From contig JAYZBQ010000019.1 in the NCBI GenBank assembly GCA_036338695.1, positions 1 through 38,833 of the forward strand: a stretch of DNA of 38,833 nt, read 5' to 3'. The first letter of the stretch is position 1. Each line of letters begins with the position of its first letter. The notes below the pieces were generated by a model. The model made no database searches, was not told where the DNA came from, and was given only the letters and a program-made list of their open reading frames with translations. Positions 9,118-18,344 of the stretch are shown in pieces. This stretch comes from Myxococcota bacterium (GTDB lineage: Bacteria; Myxococcota; UBA4151). The translations under genes and the position numbers were made by a program.

Positions 9118-9439
9118 CCGTCCGGTGCGCTAAGGGCCAGCGATAGATCGCCAAGTCGCAGCGGCCGCTCGCGTCAAAGATCACCCCTTCGCCCTCGAGC
9201 AGCGCCCGCTGCAGGTCCGGCCGCACGAGGTCACCGCGCCCTGAGATCGACCCTTTGGCGTTGATCACACGATGCCACGGTACCTCGCCCGCCCGCTCGA
9301 GCGGCAGGCGCGCGAGCGCAAACCCGACCTGCCGAGCCGCCCGGGGGCTGCCCATCGCAGCCGCAACGTCTCCATAGCTACACACTTTCCCATGCGGGAT
9401 CAGACGCACGAGCTGGTACACTTGATGATCGAACCGCAA
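9110..9439 (-). CDS. Alkyltransferase-like (ATL/YbaZ-type) O6-alkylguanine-binding protein
   Basis: IPHGKVCSYG..A..ARQVG..PWHRV (Trp replaces the catalytic Cys of PCHR)..QRALLEGEGV; AAGGAG RBS. Confidence 0.88.
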   Translation of the reverse strand: MRFDHQVYQLVRLIPHGKVCSYGDVAAAMGSPRAARQVGFALARLPLERAGEVPWHRVINAKGSISGRGDLVRPDLQRALLEGEGVIFDASGRCDLAIYRWPLAHRTVS

Positions 9440-9652
9440 CGAATCGCTCTCCTTGAAGCCAGCATGAAGGCGTCACGGCGCAAGCTCAAGTCGAGCCCAC
9501 GCATCGCCCGGTGCGACCGACTCGGCGTCGCCGCGCAAAAGGCTAACCCCCGACAAACATCCGAGCGCGTGACCTAGCTCACTTGTCGTGCAAACCGGTT
9601 CCTCCTATCTAAGTGGCGTGTGTACATCGAAGTTCGGAATAAGGAGCGGCCT

Positions 9653-11644
9653 ATGAAACGTCTTGTTCTGATCACCGCCTGCGGCTTGAGCCTTGCGGGC
9701 GCCAGCTGCGACAGCGACCCATGCAATCTCAAGGAAGGCACGCTCGACAACGCAGCGCACCCAACCGGCAGCCAGACCCTTGCGGTCAGCCCGGACCAGC
9801 GCTTCGTGGTCACGACCAACGCGCTGGAAAACAACGTCACGTTGCTCAACGCCAGCACGCTTGAACCACTCGAACAGCTCGAGATCGGGCAGACACCCGA
9901 GCGGATCGCCCCGCTCGGCGATGAGTTCGTGGTCAGCCTGCGCGGTGAGCGAGCGCTGGCGCGCCTCGGCGTCGAGAACAATCGGCTGGTGGTACTCGAC
10001 CGGGTCGAGACCGGCGCCGAGCCGATCGGCTTGGTCACGAGTGAAGACGCAAGCAAGGTCTACGTAGCGGTTTCCCAGAGCGGTGTGGTGGAGGAACGAC
10101 GCGGCAGCGACCTCGAGGTCATCAGGACCTTCAAAATCGAGCACGAGCCGCGCTGGCTTGCGCTCCACCCCAGCGGTGAGACGCTTTATGTCGCCACGGC
10201 GATGGGTGGTCACCTGGTGGTGGTCGACTTGCTAACAGGTGAGCACAAAGAACAAACGCTGCCGAGCGTCAGCACCTTCGACGAGGCTAACGGTTTCCTC
10301 CCGATCGATCGATCGCTCCGCATCACCGGCGACATCGCCGTACGTCCCAATGGGCGTCAGCTGCTCATCCCAGCGTTGTACATCGACAACATCAACCCCA
10401 TCGGCGGCGAGCCCAATGAAGACGAACCTGAGGGTGATGGCTATGGCAGCAGCGGAAGCGGCAAACGTTTTATCGCCGCCGTGACCACGGTCAACGTGGA
10501 CGCCCACGGTAAGCCCGACGGCACCTTCAAAGTTCAAGAACTCGAAGCGGATCAGAGCGGTACTCAGCGCGGCGGCTACATCAGCAGCCTCGCCGTCCAC
10601 CCGGAGCAGGACGTCGCCTTTGCGACCATGGAAGCCAGCCGGACGCTGATCGCCTTTAGGGTTTCGCCCACGGAAACCCGCTGCACCTATGGCACCTCCC
10701 CGAGCCCGCCAGCGCGCGGCTCGCGTCGAACCTTGATGCAGCCCACACCCCCGATGGCGGCGGTGCCGGAGCCAGACGGGTTCGACAGGGAACAGTTTGC
10801 GCCGCTGGCGCAGCAACGAGGCTTTGAGACCGAGCGCGGCCCAGCCGGGATCGCGTTCATCGGCGCCGAGACGCTCGTCCACAACCGCATCGATCGCAGC
10901 GTGCAGCTCGTCGGTACCGATGCGATGATGCCGGAGTTTGTAGCCCACATGAACGACTGGAATACCGAGCGACCGCTGGCGAGCGCGTCGTTGACGGCGC
11001 CAGCGCTTGACGAACGTGTGCAGCGCGGTCTGGGGCTCTTCTTCTCCAACCTCAACCCCGAGGTGAGCGGGCACAACGTCAACGTGAGCTGCTCAAGCTG
11101 CCACTTCGAGGGGCGAAATGACGGCCTGACCTGGCATTTTGCGGATGGGCCGCGCCAGACGCCGAGCCTTGCAGGCGACGTCTCGTTGACCGAGCCGGTC
11201 ACCTGGCGCGACGACGTCGCCACGGTAGCCGACGAGGTGCGGCTGACCTCGCAGGGCCGCATGGGTGGTGAAGGTCTGACGGGCGCAACGCAGGCGGCGG
11301 TGACCGACTACGTCAATTGGCGCCCGCACGTCGACCTGCCGAACAAAGGCGCAGACAACGCGATCATCGCCGAAGGGCGCACGCTGTTCTACGGCGTAGC
11401 CGGCTGCGGCACCTGCCACAGCGGCGAGCAATATACGGACGCCGAGATGCACTCAATTCGTGGCGTCAACGTCCGCACCCCGACGCTGGTTGGTGTCGCT
11501 GCGAGCGCACCGTACTTCCACAACGGAAGCGCAGCGACCTTGCGTGAGCTGCTCGAGCAGTCTCGAGACGGGCAGATGGGGACGACAGGTAACCTGACGG
11601 ACGCGCAGATGGGCGCCCTTGAGGCGTTCCTCACCAGTCTGTAG
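9653..11644 (+). CDS. YVTN/YncE beta-propeller + diheme cytochrome c (bCcP/MauG superfamily) lipoprotein
   Basis: AAGGAG RBS, signal peptide ending AGASC; propeller blades; CSSCH and CGTCH; RQTPSL, TPTL..APYFHNG. Confidence 0.85.
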   Translation: MKRLVLITACGLSLAGASCDSDPCNLKEGTLDNAAHPTGSQTLAVSPDQRFVVTTNALENNVTLLNASTLEPLEQLEIGQTPERIAPLGDEFVVSLRGERALARLGVENNRLVVLDRVETGAEPIGLVTSEDASKVYVAVSQSGVVEERRGSDLEVIRTFKIEHEPRWLALHPSGETLYVATAMGGHLVVVDLLTGEHKEQTLPSVSTFDEANGFLPIDRSLRITGDIAVRPNGRQLLIPALYIDNINPIGGEPNEDEPEGDGYGSSGSGKRFIAAVTTVNVDAHGKPDGTFKVQELEADQSGTQRGGYISSLAVHPEQDVAFATMEASRTLIAFRVSPTETRCTYGTSPSPPARGSRRTLMQPTPPMAAVPEPDGFDREQFAPLAQQRGFETERGPAGIAFIGAETLVHNRIDRSVQLVGTDAMMPEFVAHMNDWNTERPLASASLTAPALDERVQRGLGLFFSNLNPEVSGHNVNVSCSSCHFEGRNDGLTWHFADGPRQTPSLAGDVSLTEPVTWRDDVATVADEVRLTSQGRMGGEGLTGATQAAVTDYVNWRPHVDLPNKGADNAIIAEGRTLFYGVAGCGTCHSGEQYTDAEMHSIRGVNVRTPTLVGVAASAPYFHNGSAATLRELLEQSRDGQMGTTGNLTDAQMGALEAFLTSL

Positions 11645-11695
11645 CCGAACGTATGAAGGCTTGAGATGCGGCGGCGAGCGATGCGCTCGCCGTCG

Positions 11696-12397
11696 TTACT
11701 TTTTGCCGATGTACAGGTGGGCGACACCCGCCAAAAACGGCTTGACGGTCACGCTCGTGCAGCCCGCTTCTCGCATCAAGTCGGCGAATTCGTCGCTCGG
11801 TGGAAAGGCTGCGACGGACGTCTGCAGGTAGCGGTACTCTTTGGCGCCGCTGAGCAGCGCGCCCAACCGCGGCACGACGTGATGAACGTGGAAGCGAGCA
11901 AAGGGCGCAAGGACCCCGTTACGTGGCTCACCGAGCTCGAGCACAGCGATCGTCCCGCCTGGGCGTGTGCAGCGAACCATCTCCGAGAGCCCGAGGAGTC
12001 GATCGGGCACGTTTCGTATCCCGAAGGCGATCAAACTCGCGGCGAACCGATCGTCCTCGAAGGGCATCGCCTGAGCGTCTCCCTCAAGCAAGGTGACGCG
12101 CTCGTCGAGTCGATTCGCCAGGGTCTTGACGCGCCCAACCTCCAGCATGCCGGTGCTTGGATCGATCCCTGTGACGTGCGCTTCGGGGTACGCTTTGGCG
12201 ACGGCAAGCGCCACGTCAGCTGTCCCCGTTGCGACATCGAGCAGTTCACCCTCGCCCGGAGCGACAGCTCGCACGAGATCCCGACGCCAGCCACGGTCCA
12301 TCCCCATGCTCAAAATCCGATTGAGCAGGTCATAACGCGCAGCGATCTGATCAAACATCTGACCGCTGCCATCGGCGAGGCGCGCTGACGTGCTCAT
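11696..12397 (-). CDS. menG: Demethylmenaquinone methyltransferase (UbiE/MenG)
   Basis: MFDQIAARYDLLNRILS, LDVATGTAD, FGIRNV, YRYLQTS. Confidence 0.93.
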   Translation of the reverse strand: MSTSARLADGSGQMFDQIAARYDLLNRILSMGMDRGWRRDLVRAVAPGEGELLDVATGTADVALAVAKAYPEAHVTGIDPSTGMLEVGRVKTLANRLDERVTLLEGDAQAMPFEDDRFAASLIAFGIRNVPDRLLGLSEMVRCTRPGGTIAVLELGEPRNGVLAPFARFHVHHVVPRLGALLSGAKEYRYLQTSVAAFPPSDEFADLMREAGCTSVTVKPFLAGVAHLYIGKK

Positions 12398-13365
12398 CGC
12401 TTAAATCCTAACTCTGCGAGCGCATCCGGTTGCAGCGCCTGGGCGCCGTCGCTGAGCGCACGCTCCGGTTGCGTATGCGCCTCAACCATCAACCCATGCG
12501 CACCGGCAGCGAGCGAGGCGTTCGCCAGCGCCGGGATGAGGTCGCGTCGCCCCACCGCGTGCGACGGATCGACCACGACAGGCAGACGATGAACGCCCGA
12601 CAACAACGCGACCGCGCCTAAATCCAGTAAGTTTCGTGTGTGCGGGTCAAACCCGCTGATGCCGCGCGCACAGTAGATGACGCCCGCTGCCCCTGCGGCC
12701 AGGAGATGCTCCCCTGCGAGCAACCACTCCTCGACCGTCGCCGCCATCCCGCGCTTGAGGAGCACCGGCTTCCGCTCGGCGCCGACGGCGCGCAAGAGCG
12801 CAAAGTTCTGCATGTTGCGACTGCCGACCTGCAGCAAATCAGCGATCGAGCCGACCAGCCCAACATCGGCTTCGCTCATCACCTCTGTGACCACCGCCAT
12901 ATCGTGGCGGTCCGCCGCTTGCTTGAGCCAGGTCAGCGCCTGCTCGCCATGTCCAGAGAAGCTATACGGTGAGCTCCTCGGCTTGTACGCACCACCCCTC
13001 AGGATGGACGCACCGGCGCCGGCGACAGCGGCTGCGATCTCATCCACCTGAGCCTGTGACTCCAACGCGCAAGGTCCCGACAACAACACGGGCTCGCACC
13101 CCGGCCCGACGCTCAGAGCACCGACAGAGACCGGTTGGCCTGCGAGGGCGTCCACGCTCGGGTGAGCGCTTCGGGGGCGCTGAACCTCGACGACCCCCTC
13201 GATCGTCGCCAAGCGTTGCCAGTCGATCGTCGCGGAATGGCGCTCGATGGCAAAGCCAGTGGTGGCGCCCTGCGCGTCTTCAAGCGGGCGCGTCCACAGC
13301 CCCATGCCCTGGAGCTGCGCGGCGACGACGGCTGCGTCGGCTTCATGCGCCAGGCGAATCCACAT
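12394..13365 (-). CDS. aroF: DAHP synthase, type I-beta, with N-terminal ferredoxin-like domain
   Basis: GPCALES, RGGAYKPRSSPYSF, GSRNMQNF, LLKRG, DPSH, MVEAH, ALSDG. Confidence 0.92.
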   Translation of the reverse strand: MWIRLAHEADAAVVAAQLQGMGLWTRPLEDAQGATTGFAIERHSATIDWQRLATIEGVVEVQRPRSAHPSVDALAGQPVSVGALSVGPGCEPVLLSGPCALESQAQVDEIAAAVAGAGASILRGGAYKPRSSPYSFSGHGEQALTWLKQAADRHDMAVVTEVMSEADVGLVGSIADLLQVGSRNMQNFALLRAVGAERKPVLLKRGMAATVEEWLLAGEHLLAAGAAGVIYCARGISGFDPHTRNLLDLGAVALLSGVHRLPVVVDPSHAVGRRDLIPALANASLAAGAHGLMVEAHTQPERALSDGAQALQPDALAELGFKR

Positions 13366-13367
13366 CG

Positions 13368-14429
13368 TCAGCTCCTCCGCTCAACCACTGAGCGTGCCAG
13401 TAGCTCCAGCGCACGCTGCGCAGGGCTCGCTGGGAGCGCACCGATCAAGCTGCGCGCGTGATCGACCCGCTCCGTCGCCAATCGTCGCGTGTCCGCGAGC
13501 GCACCGCAACGTTGAAGCGTCTGCACCACGCCACGTTCGGAATCAAGGCCGCCCTCATCGGACATGCAGCGGCGAACCTGCTCAACAAACCCGTCGACCC
13601 GCTCCGCCGCTAAGATCAGAGGCCAGGTCATCTTGCCTTCGCGCAGATCGGTGAAGAGGACCTTCCCCGTCTCGGCGGGCTCACCTTCGAGGTCGAGGAC
13701 GTCGTCGATCAACTGGAACGCTTCGCCCAGCGCCATCCCGGCCTCCATCAGACGCTCGATGTCCTCTTGAGCCAAACCCGCTAGGGTGGCGCCCGCCTCA
13801 AACCCCCAGCGAAACAGCACCGCCGTCTTGCCTTGGATCACGCGCAGGTAGGTCGAGCGGTCGGGCTCAAAGCGCCCTCGCCACTCGAGCTGAAGCGCCT
13901 CGGCGGTGACGATCTCAGAGATCGTGTCGAGCAAGCTCCCAAGCAGCCCGGGCGAGCCGCTGCGCTGGACCAGCCGGAGCGCCTCGATCAAGAGGTGATC
14001 GCCGCCGAGGACCGAGGCGCTGTTCGAGTACACGCGCCGCGCCGTTGGCTGCCCTCGCCGCTCGTCTCCCTCATCGATCACGTCGTCGTGTAAGAGGGTT
14101 GCGGCGTGAATCAACTCACTCACCACCGCCAGGTTACGAACATCCGCTGCGGGCGCAGGCGTCCCGAGCCGAGACGCGAGCAGGACGACCATTGGCCGCA
14201 CCCGCTTCCCGCCGCTTGCGAGCAGATACGCCGCCGCCGCCTTCGCCTGCTCCGGGTCCTGGGCAAGGGCGTCCAGCTCACGAAGCTGCGCCTCAAGCTC
14301 AGCGAGGTCGACCCCCAGCCAGTCTCGCATCGCCGTGAGTTGACCGGCCAGTGAATGCTCGCCGACACCACGCGCTGCGTCCGCCAAAGGCGACAACACC
14401 GGGCTCTTCATCACCAGCGCATCCATCAC
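13368..14429 (-). CDS. Polyprenyl diphosphate synthase (IspB/HepT-like)
   Basis: GGKRVRP, LLHDDVID, RRG, GKTA, FQLIDDVLD, DLREGK. Confidence 0.93.
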   Translation of the reverse strand: MMDALVMKSPVLSPLADAARGVGEHSLAGQLTAMRDWLGVDLAELEAQLRELDALAQDPEQAKAAAAYLLASGGKRVRPMVVLLASRLGTPAPAADVRNLAVVSELIHAATLLHDDVIDEGDERRGQPTARRVYSNSASVLGGDHLLIEALRLVQRSGSPGLLGSLLDTISEIVTAEALQLEWRGRFEPDRSTYLRVIQGKTAVLFRWGFEAGATLAGLAQEDIERLMEAGMALGEAFQLIDDVLDLEGEPAETGKVLFTDLREGKMTWPLILAAERVDGFVEQVRRCMSDEGGLDSERGVVQTLQRCGALADTRRLATERVDHARSLIGALPASPAQRALELLARSVVERRS

Positions 14430-15775
14430 GGCTCCCCGTCATCGTCTGAACGCTCTACGCGCCTAAGCCATTCCTTTAGGTCAGCAAACCGAATTTTACC
14501 CAGCGCGTTGACCGGCTCGGCGCTGAGCCAGAGAATTCGGTCGGGCACCATGTACCGCGGCAGGGACTCGCGGCAGAAAGCGCGCAGCTCCTGCGCAGAG
14601 GGCTGTCGATCACCGCCTGCGATCAGGGCGGCGGCTGGGCGCTCGCCATAGACACTGTCCGGTACCCCAACGACGTAGGCGCGCAGCACGTCCGGGTGCT
14701 GACGCAGAACCGCCGCAATCGCCTCCGGGTCGATGTTCTCACCGCCCGAGATGATCGTTTGGTCGTCGCGCCCGTCCACGCGGACGCGCCCGAGCCCATC
14801 GACGGCGCCGCGATCGTTGGTGAGCACGGTGCCTGCAGCGGCTGGCCCGCGCACGACCAACCGGTCGGCTTCGCAGAGCACCTCGAGGAACGGTAGCGGA
14901 GGCGCAGACGTCGGCGCCACGCCCGGCTCCAAGGTCGCAGCCTGCGAGGCGGTCTCGCTCATCCCCCAAGTAGCCGCCACGGGGAGCCCCTTGGCGAGCG
15001 CTGCTTCGAGCAACGCCCGGCTTGGCTTCGCCCCCCCGACTAAAACGACCCGGAGGCGATCCGAGGCGCCTCGCTGGGGCAAACGCGGGACGATGCGGTC
15101 GAGCATCGTCGGCACCAGCGAGATCTGCGTGACGCGACCCGAACACAGCGCCTCGACGACCCGATCAACCTCGAAGCGGGCATGCAGCTCGACGGTGCTG
15201 GCGCTCAACAGGCAACGCATCACAATGCTCAAGCCCCCCACATGATGAAGCGGGAGCACACCGAGCCACCGGTCACCGGGAAGGTGTCCCAGCCTCATGG
15301 CAGATCCCATGGCCGAGAACACCAGCTGGCCGGTCGTGAGCTCAATGACCTTGGGGGTCCCCGTCGTCCCGGACGTCGCCACGACCCAGCGCGGTTGGCT
15401 CAATGGCCAGGGGCTGGCTGGCGGCGCGTCCTCCGGCTCGCCGTCAGGCGCCGAGGTCAGGAAGTGATCTGCCCCGAGATGCTCGGCGTCCCGCTCGGGG
15501 TCCCGGCTGTCTCGAGCGATCGGCGCGGCGCACGCGCCCAACCACCCGATGGCGTGCAGAGTGACCAGGTCATCACCGAGCTGCCGCAACGTCCAAGCGA
15601 TACGCTGATCTCGGCGAACCCCAAGCGCCTGCAAACCCGCCGCCCGCGCCCGCACAGCCTGAACCAACCGCTCGTAGGTCCACTCACCATCGTCAGCGAC
15701 GATCGCCGGCGCGCCGCCGCGGCTGGCTCGAGCGGCGAGGAGCGGATGCGGTAGCGTCTGCGCCCAATCGATCAC
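14426..15775 (-). CDS. menE: o-succinylbenzoate-CoA ligase
   Basis: TSGTTGTPK, LPLHHVGG, SLVPTML, WGMSETAS, GRDD..IISGGENI, GKI. Start placed at GTG 15775 (GTGA overlap with the menA stop). Confidence 0.88.
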   Translation of the reverse strand: MIDWAQTLPHPLLAARASRGGAPAIVADDGEWTYERLVQAVRARAAGLQALGVRRDQRIAWTLRQLGDDLVTLHAIGWLGACAAPIARDSRDPERDAEHLGADHFLTSAPDGEPEDAPPASPWPLSQPRWVVATSGTTGTPKVIELTTGQLVFSAMGSAMRLGHLPGDRWLGVLPLHHVGGLSIVMRCLLSASTVELHARFEVDRVVEALCSGRVTQISLVPTMLDRIVPRLPQRGASDRLRVVLVGGAKPSRALLEAALAKGLPVAATWGMSETASQAATLEPGVAPTSAPPLPFLEVLCEADRLVVRGPAAAGTVLTNDRGAVDGLGRVRVDGRDDQTIISGGENIDPEAIAAVLRQHPDVLRAYVVGVPDSVYGERPAAALIAGGDRQPSAQELRAFCRESLPRYMVPDRILWLSAEPVNALGKIRFADLKEWLRRVERSDDDGEP

Positions 15776-16656
15776 AGCAGCACCCCCGCGCTCACCAAGA
15801 CGGACAGAGCGAGCCCGTCGCGAGCGGTCTGTCCGAGCATCGGGTTCAAGGCGGCGCCCGAGAGGGCGCGCAGCTGCTGAATACGCCGCAGCGCAAGTGG
15901 CAGACAGACGACGCCGAGCGCCGCGCCGAGCGGCAGCGCGCCGCTCCATACGCCAACCCCCAACGCCGCTTGCGCACCAAGCAGGCACGCGCCGTACTCA
16001 ATCTGACCAAACGTGTTGCCAAAGCGCACGACCAAGGTGCGTTTATTAACCTGCGCGTCGGTCAGCTGGTCGCGCAGGTTGTTGACCACCAAAATGGCGG
16101 TGGTGGGCAGCCCAACCACCAGCCCGAGCGTCAGCGCGCCGGGATGAAGCGCGCCGGCGATGAGCCAGTACGTCGCCCCCACTGCAACCTCGCCAAAGAA
16201 GAGCACGACGAACAGGTCCGCTAGGCCGGTATACGCAAGCGGTGCGGGACCTCCGGTGTAGAGATAGGCGAACACCAAGCTGACCAAGCCCAAGGCGAAG
16301 ATGGGCCAGCCCCCCACCGTCGCCAGATAGACGCCGACCGCGAGCGCACCCGCCACCGTCACGCCGCAAGCCATCAGCACCTGCCGCTCCGTCATCCAAC
16401 CACGCTGCGTCACGCGCGCCGGTCCCAAACGGTCGTCCGTGTCTGCGCCGCGCCGAAAGTCAGCGAGGTCGTTGTACAGATTGGCGAAAATTTGGATCAG
16501 CACGGCGCCCACCATTGCAGCGAGCGTCACCGGGAGGTGACGATGCCCGTGGGTTTGCGCCAGCGCCGAGGCGACCACGACGGGCGCGACCGCAGCGGGG
16601 AGCGTCTGCGGGCGAATAGCCGACAGCGCAACACGCCAGCGAGACGGGCGGCTCAT
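15772..16656 (-). CDS. menA: 1,4-dihydroxy-2-naphthoate prenyltransferase
   Basis: RPQTL, NDLADFRRGAD, YTGGP, NNLRD..D..KRTL. Confidence 0.93.
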   Translation of the reverse strand: MSRPSRWRVALSAIRPQTLPAAVAPVVVASALAQTHGHRHLPVTLAAMVGAVLIQIFANLYNDLADFRRGADTDDRLGPARVTQRGWMTERQVLMACGVTVAGALAVGVYLATVGGWPIFALGLVSLVFAYLYTGGPAPLAYTGLADLFVVLFFGEVAVGATYWLIAGALHPGALTLGLVVGLPTTAILVVNNLRDQLTDAQVNKRTLVVRFGNTFGQIEYGACLLGAQAALGVGVWSGALPLGAALGVVCLPLALRRIQQLRALSGAALNPMLGQTARDGLALSVLVSAGVLL

Positions 16657-18344
16657 CAGAGGCAGCCAGCGACGAGGGCGCGCGCCGCACCATCGCTCGA
16701 GTTGCGCCAGGCCTGATCCTGCGCCGGGTCCACACGCACGAGCACCAGACCGGGCGCAACGCTCGAAGACGCGCTCGAGAAAGCCTCCTCGAGCTCGTCG
16801 AACTGAGTCACCGTGGTGACCTGTAAGCCCATGCCCTGCGCAGTGCGGGCGAGGTCAATCGCAGGCTTCGTCTCGAAGTAGCGCGCAAAGGCGGTGTCGT
16901 GCTGGGCGATCGGCAGGCGCCGAAAGATCCCGCCGCCCCCATTATCGATCACCATCACCGTCAACCTCGGCTGCTCGGCGACGACCTGCGCCAACGCGCC
17001 GAGGTCGTGGACGCAGGCGACGTCACCCACCACCGCAAGGACCGCATGATCCACGCTCTGCGCCACCCCAATCGCTGTGGCGATCGTGCCGTCGATCCCA
17101 TTGAGACCGCGATTGCTCACCACGCGCCGTGGGTGGTCACTCAACGGGACCCACCCCTCAAGATGCCGGATGGGCAGACTGCTCGCCACGACCGCCGTCT
17201 CGTAACGGCTCACCGCGAACCTCATCGCCGCCGCCTCGCTCCACCCTTCAGCGCACAAGCTGGACTCAATGGCGAGCCGCCCCTGTCGCCAGCGCTGGAG
17301 GTGATCGGGTAAGATCACTTCATCGAGCCGGTCACTCAGCCCCTCGAGAGCAGCCGTCTCATCCCCGGCGATCAACAGCGCAGCGCGCCATGAAGGGTCC
17401 CGCCACAGCCCATCGCGATCCAAGACGATCAGGTCCCCCTGGCGTTGTGCTAGCCACTGCCGGACCACCTTGCTGGTCGCGCCGGCGCCCAACTGAAGCA
17501 CGACATCGGGCTCATGAGCCTCCACGAAGCCGGCGCGGAGTAAGCGATCAAAATAGCCGATCTCGCAGCTCCCGAGACGACCGCTCAGGCGAGAGGCAGG
17601 CTCGGCAAAAACCGGCCAGCCGATCCGCTCGGCGAAGCGAGTGAGCGCGCGCTCCAGCCGCTCATCGTGGGCTGAAGCGCCATGCATCGGTCCACACAGG
17701 ACGACCCCGCGTCGCCCCTTAAGCCGCGCAGCGACCCCATCGAGCGCGCGCAGGTCCGGCATGGGCAAGCTCGGCACCAGTGACGGCGCAGGTCGAGCCG
17801 AGGTCTCAAGCCCCTCAACCCACAAGGGCTCACGAAACGGACAGTTCAGGTGGACCACACCTTCAGGCGCACCCCAGCTGGCGCTGAGCGCTTCGCAACC
17901 GGCGGCTGCCCAGGCTGCAGCACCCCGCTCATCGGCAATGGGTAGCTGGCGCGACCAGCGCAGCGCAGAACGCAAGACCTCGGCTTGATTGAGCGCCTGA
18001 GGCGCGCCGCAGTCGGTGAGCTCCAGCGGGCGCGCAGCGCTCAAAATAATCATCGGAATTCGGCTCGCGCTCGCCTCGAGCGCCGCCGGAAGATAGTGCG
18101 CCAGCGCTGAGCCGCTGGTGCAGATCAGCAGGGTAGGACAGCCACTGACTCGGCTCATCCCAAGCGCCATAAAACCAGCGACACGCTCATCGATGGCGAC
18201 GTGACAACGCAAGCCGGCGCAGGCTTCGGCTGCCAGCACCAGAGGCGTGTTTCGACTGCCTGGGCTTATCACCGCGGAACGGACCCCGCCCGCAACGAGC
18301 GTCTCGATCAGATCGCGCGCCGCCTGAGCCTGGGTCTGGATCAC
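16656..18344 (-). CDS. menD: SEPHCHC synthase
   Basis: SPGSRNTPL, DERVAGF, CTSGSA, NRGLNGIDG, GDVACVHD, NGGGGIF. Confidence 0.93.
   Translation of the reverse strand: MIQTQAQAARDLIETLVAGGVRSAVISPGSRNTPLVLAAEACAGLRCHVAIDERVAGFMALGMSRVSGCPTLLICTSGSALAHYLPAALEASASRIPMIILSAARPLELTDCGAPQALNQAEVLRSALRWSRQLPIADERGAAAWAAAGCEALSASWGAPEGVVHLNCPFREPLWVEGLETSARPAPSLVPSLPMPDLRALDGVAARLKGRRGVVLCGPMHGASAHDERLERALTRFAERIGWPVFAEPASRLSGRLGSCEIGYFDRLLRAGFVEAHEPDVVLQLGAGATSKVVRQWLAQRQGDLIVLDRDGLWRDPSWRAALLIAGDETAALEGLSDRLDEVILPDHLQRWRQGRLAIESSLCAEGWSEAAAMRFAVSRYETAVVASSLPIRHLEGWVPLSDHPRRVVSNRGLNGIDGTIATAIGVAQSVDHAVLAVVGDVACVHDLGALAQVVAEQPRLTVMVIDNGGGGIFRRLPIAQHDTAFARYFETKPAIDLARTAQGMGLQVTTVTQFDELEEAFSSASSSVAPGLVLVRVDPAQDQAWRNSSDGAARALVAGCL

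Noticed and set aside
14426..15988. Long N-terminal extensions in the ORF track (menE, yhhQ, ald, DAO, rdgB, xth, phhB, queF)
   Set aside because: They overlap neighbouring genes or tRNAs; downstream starts with an RBS or stop/start overlap fit the family N-termini better.
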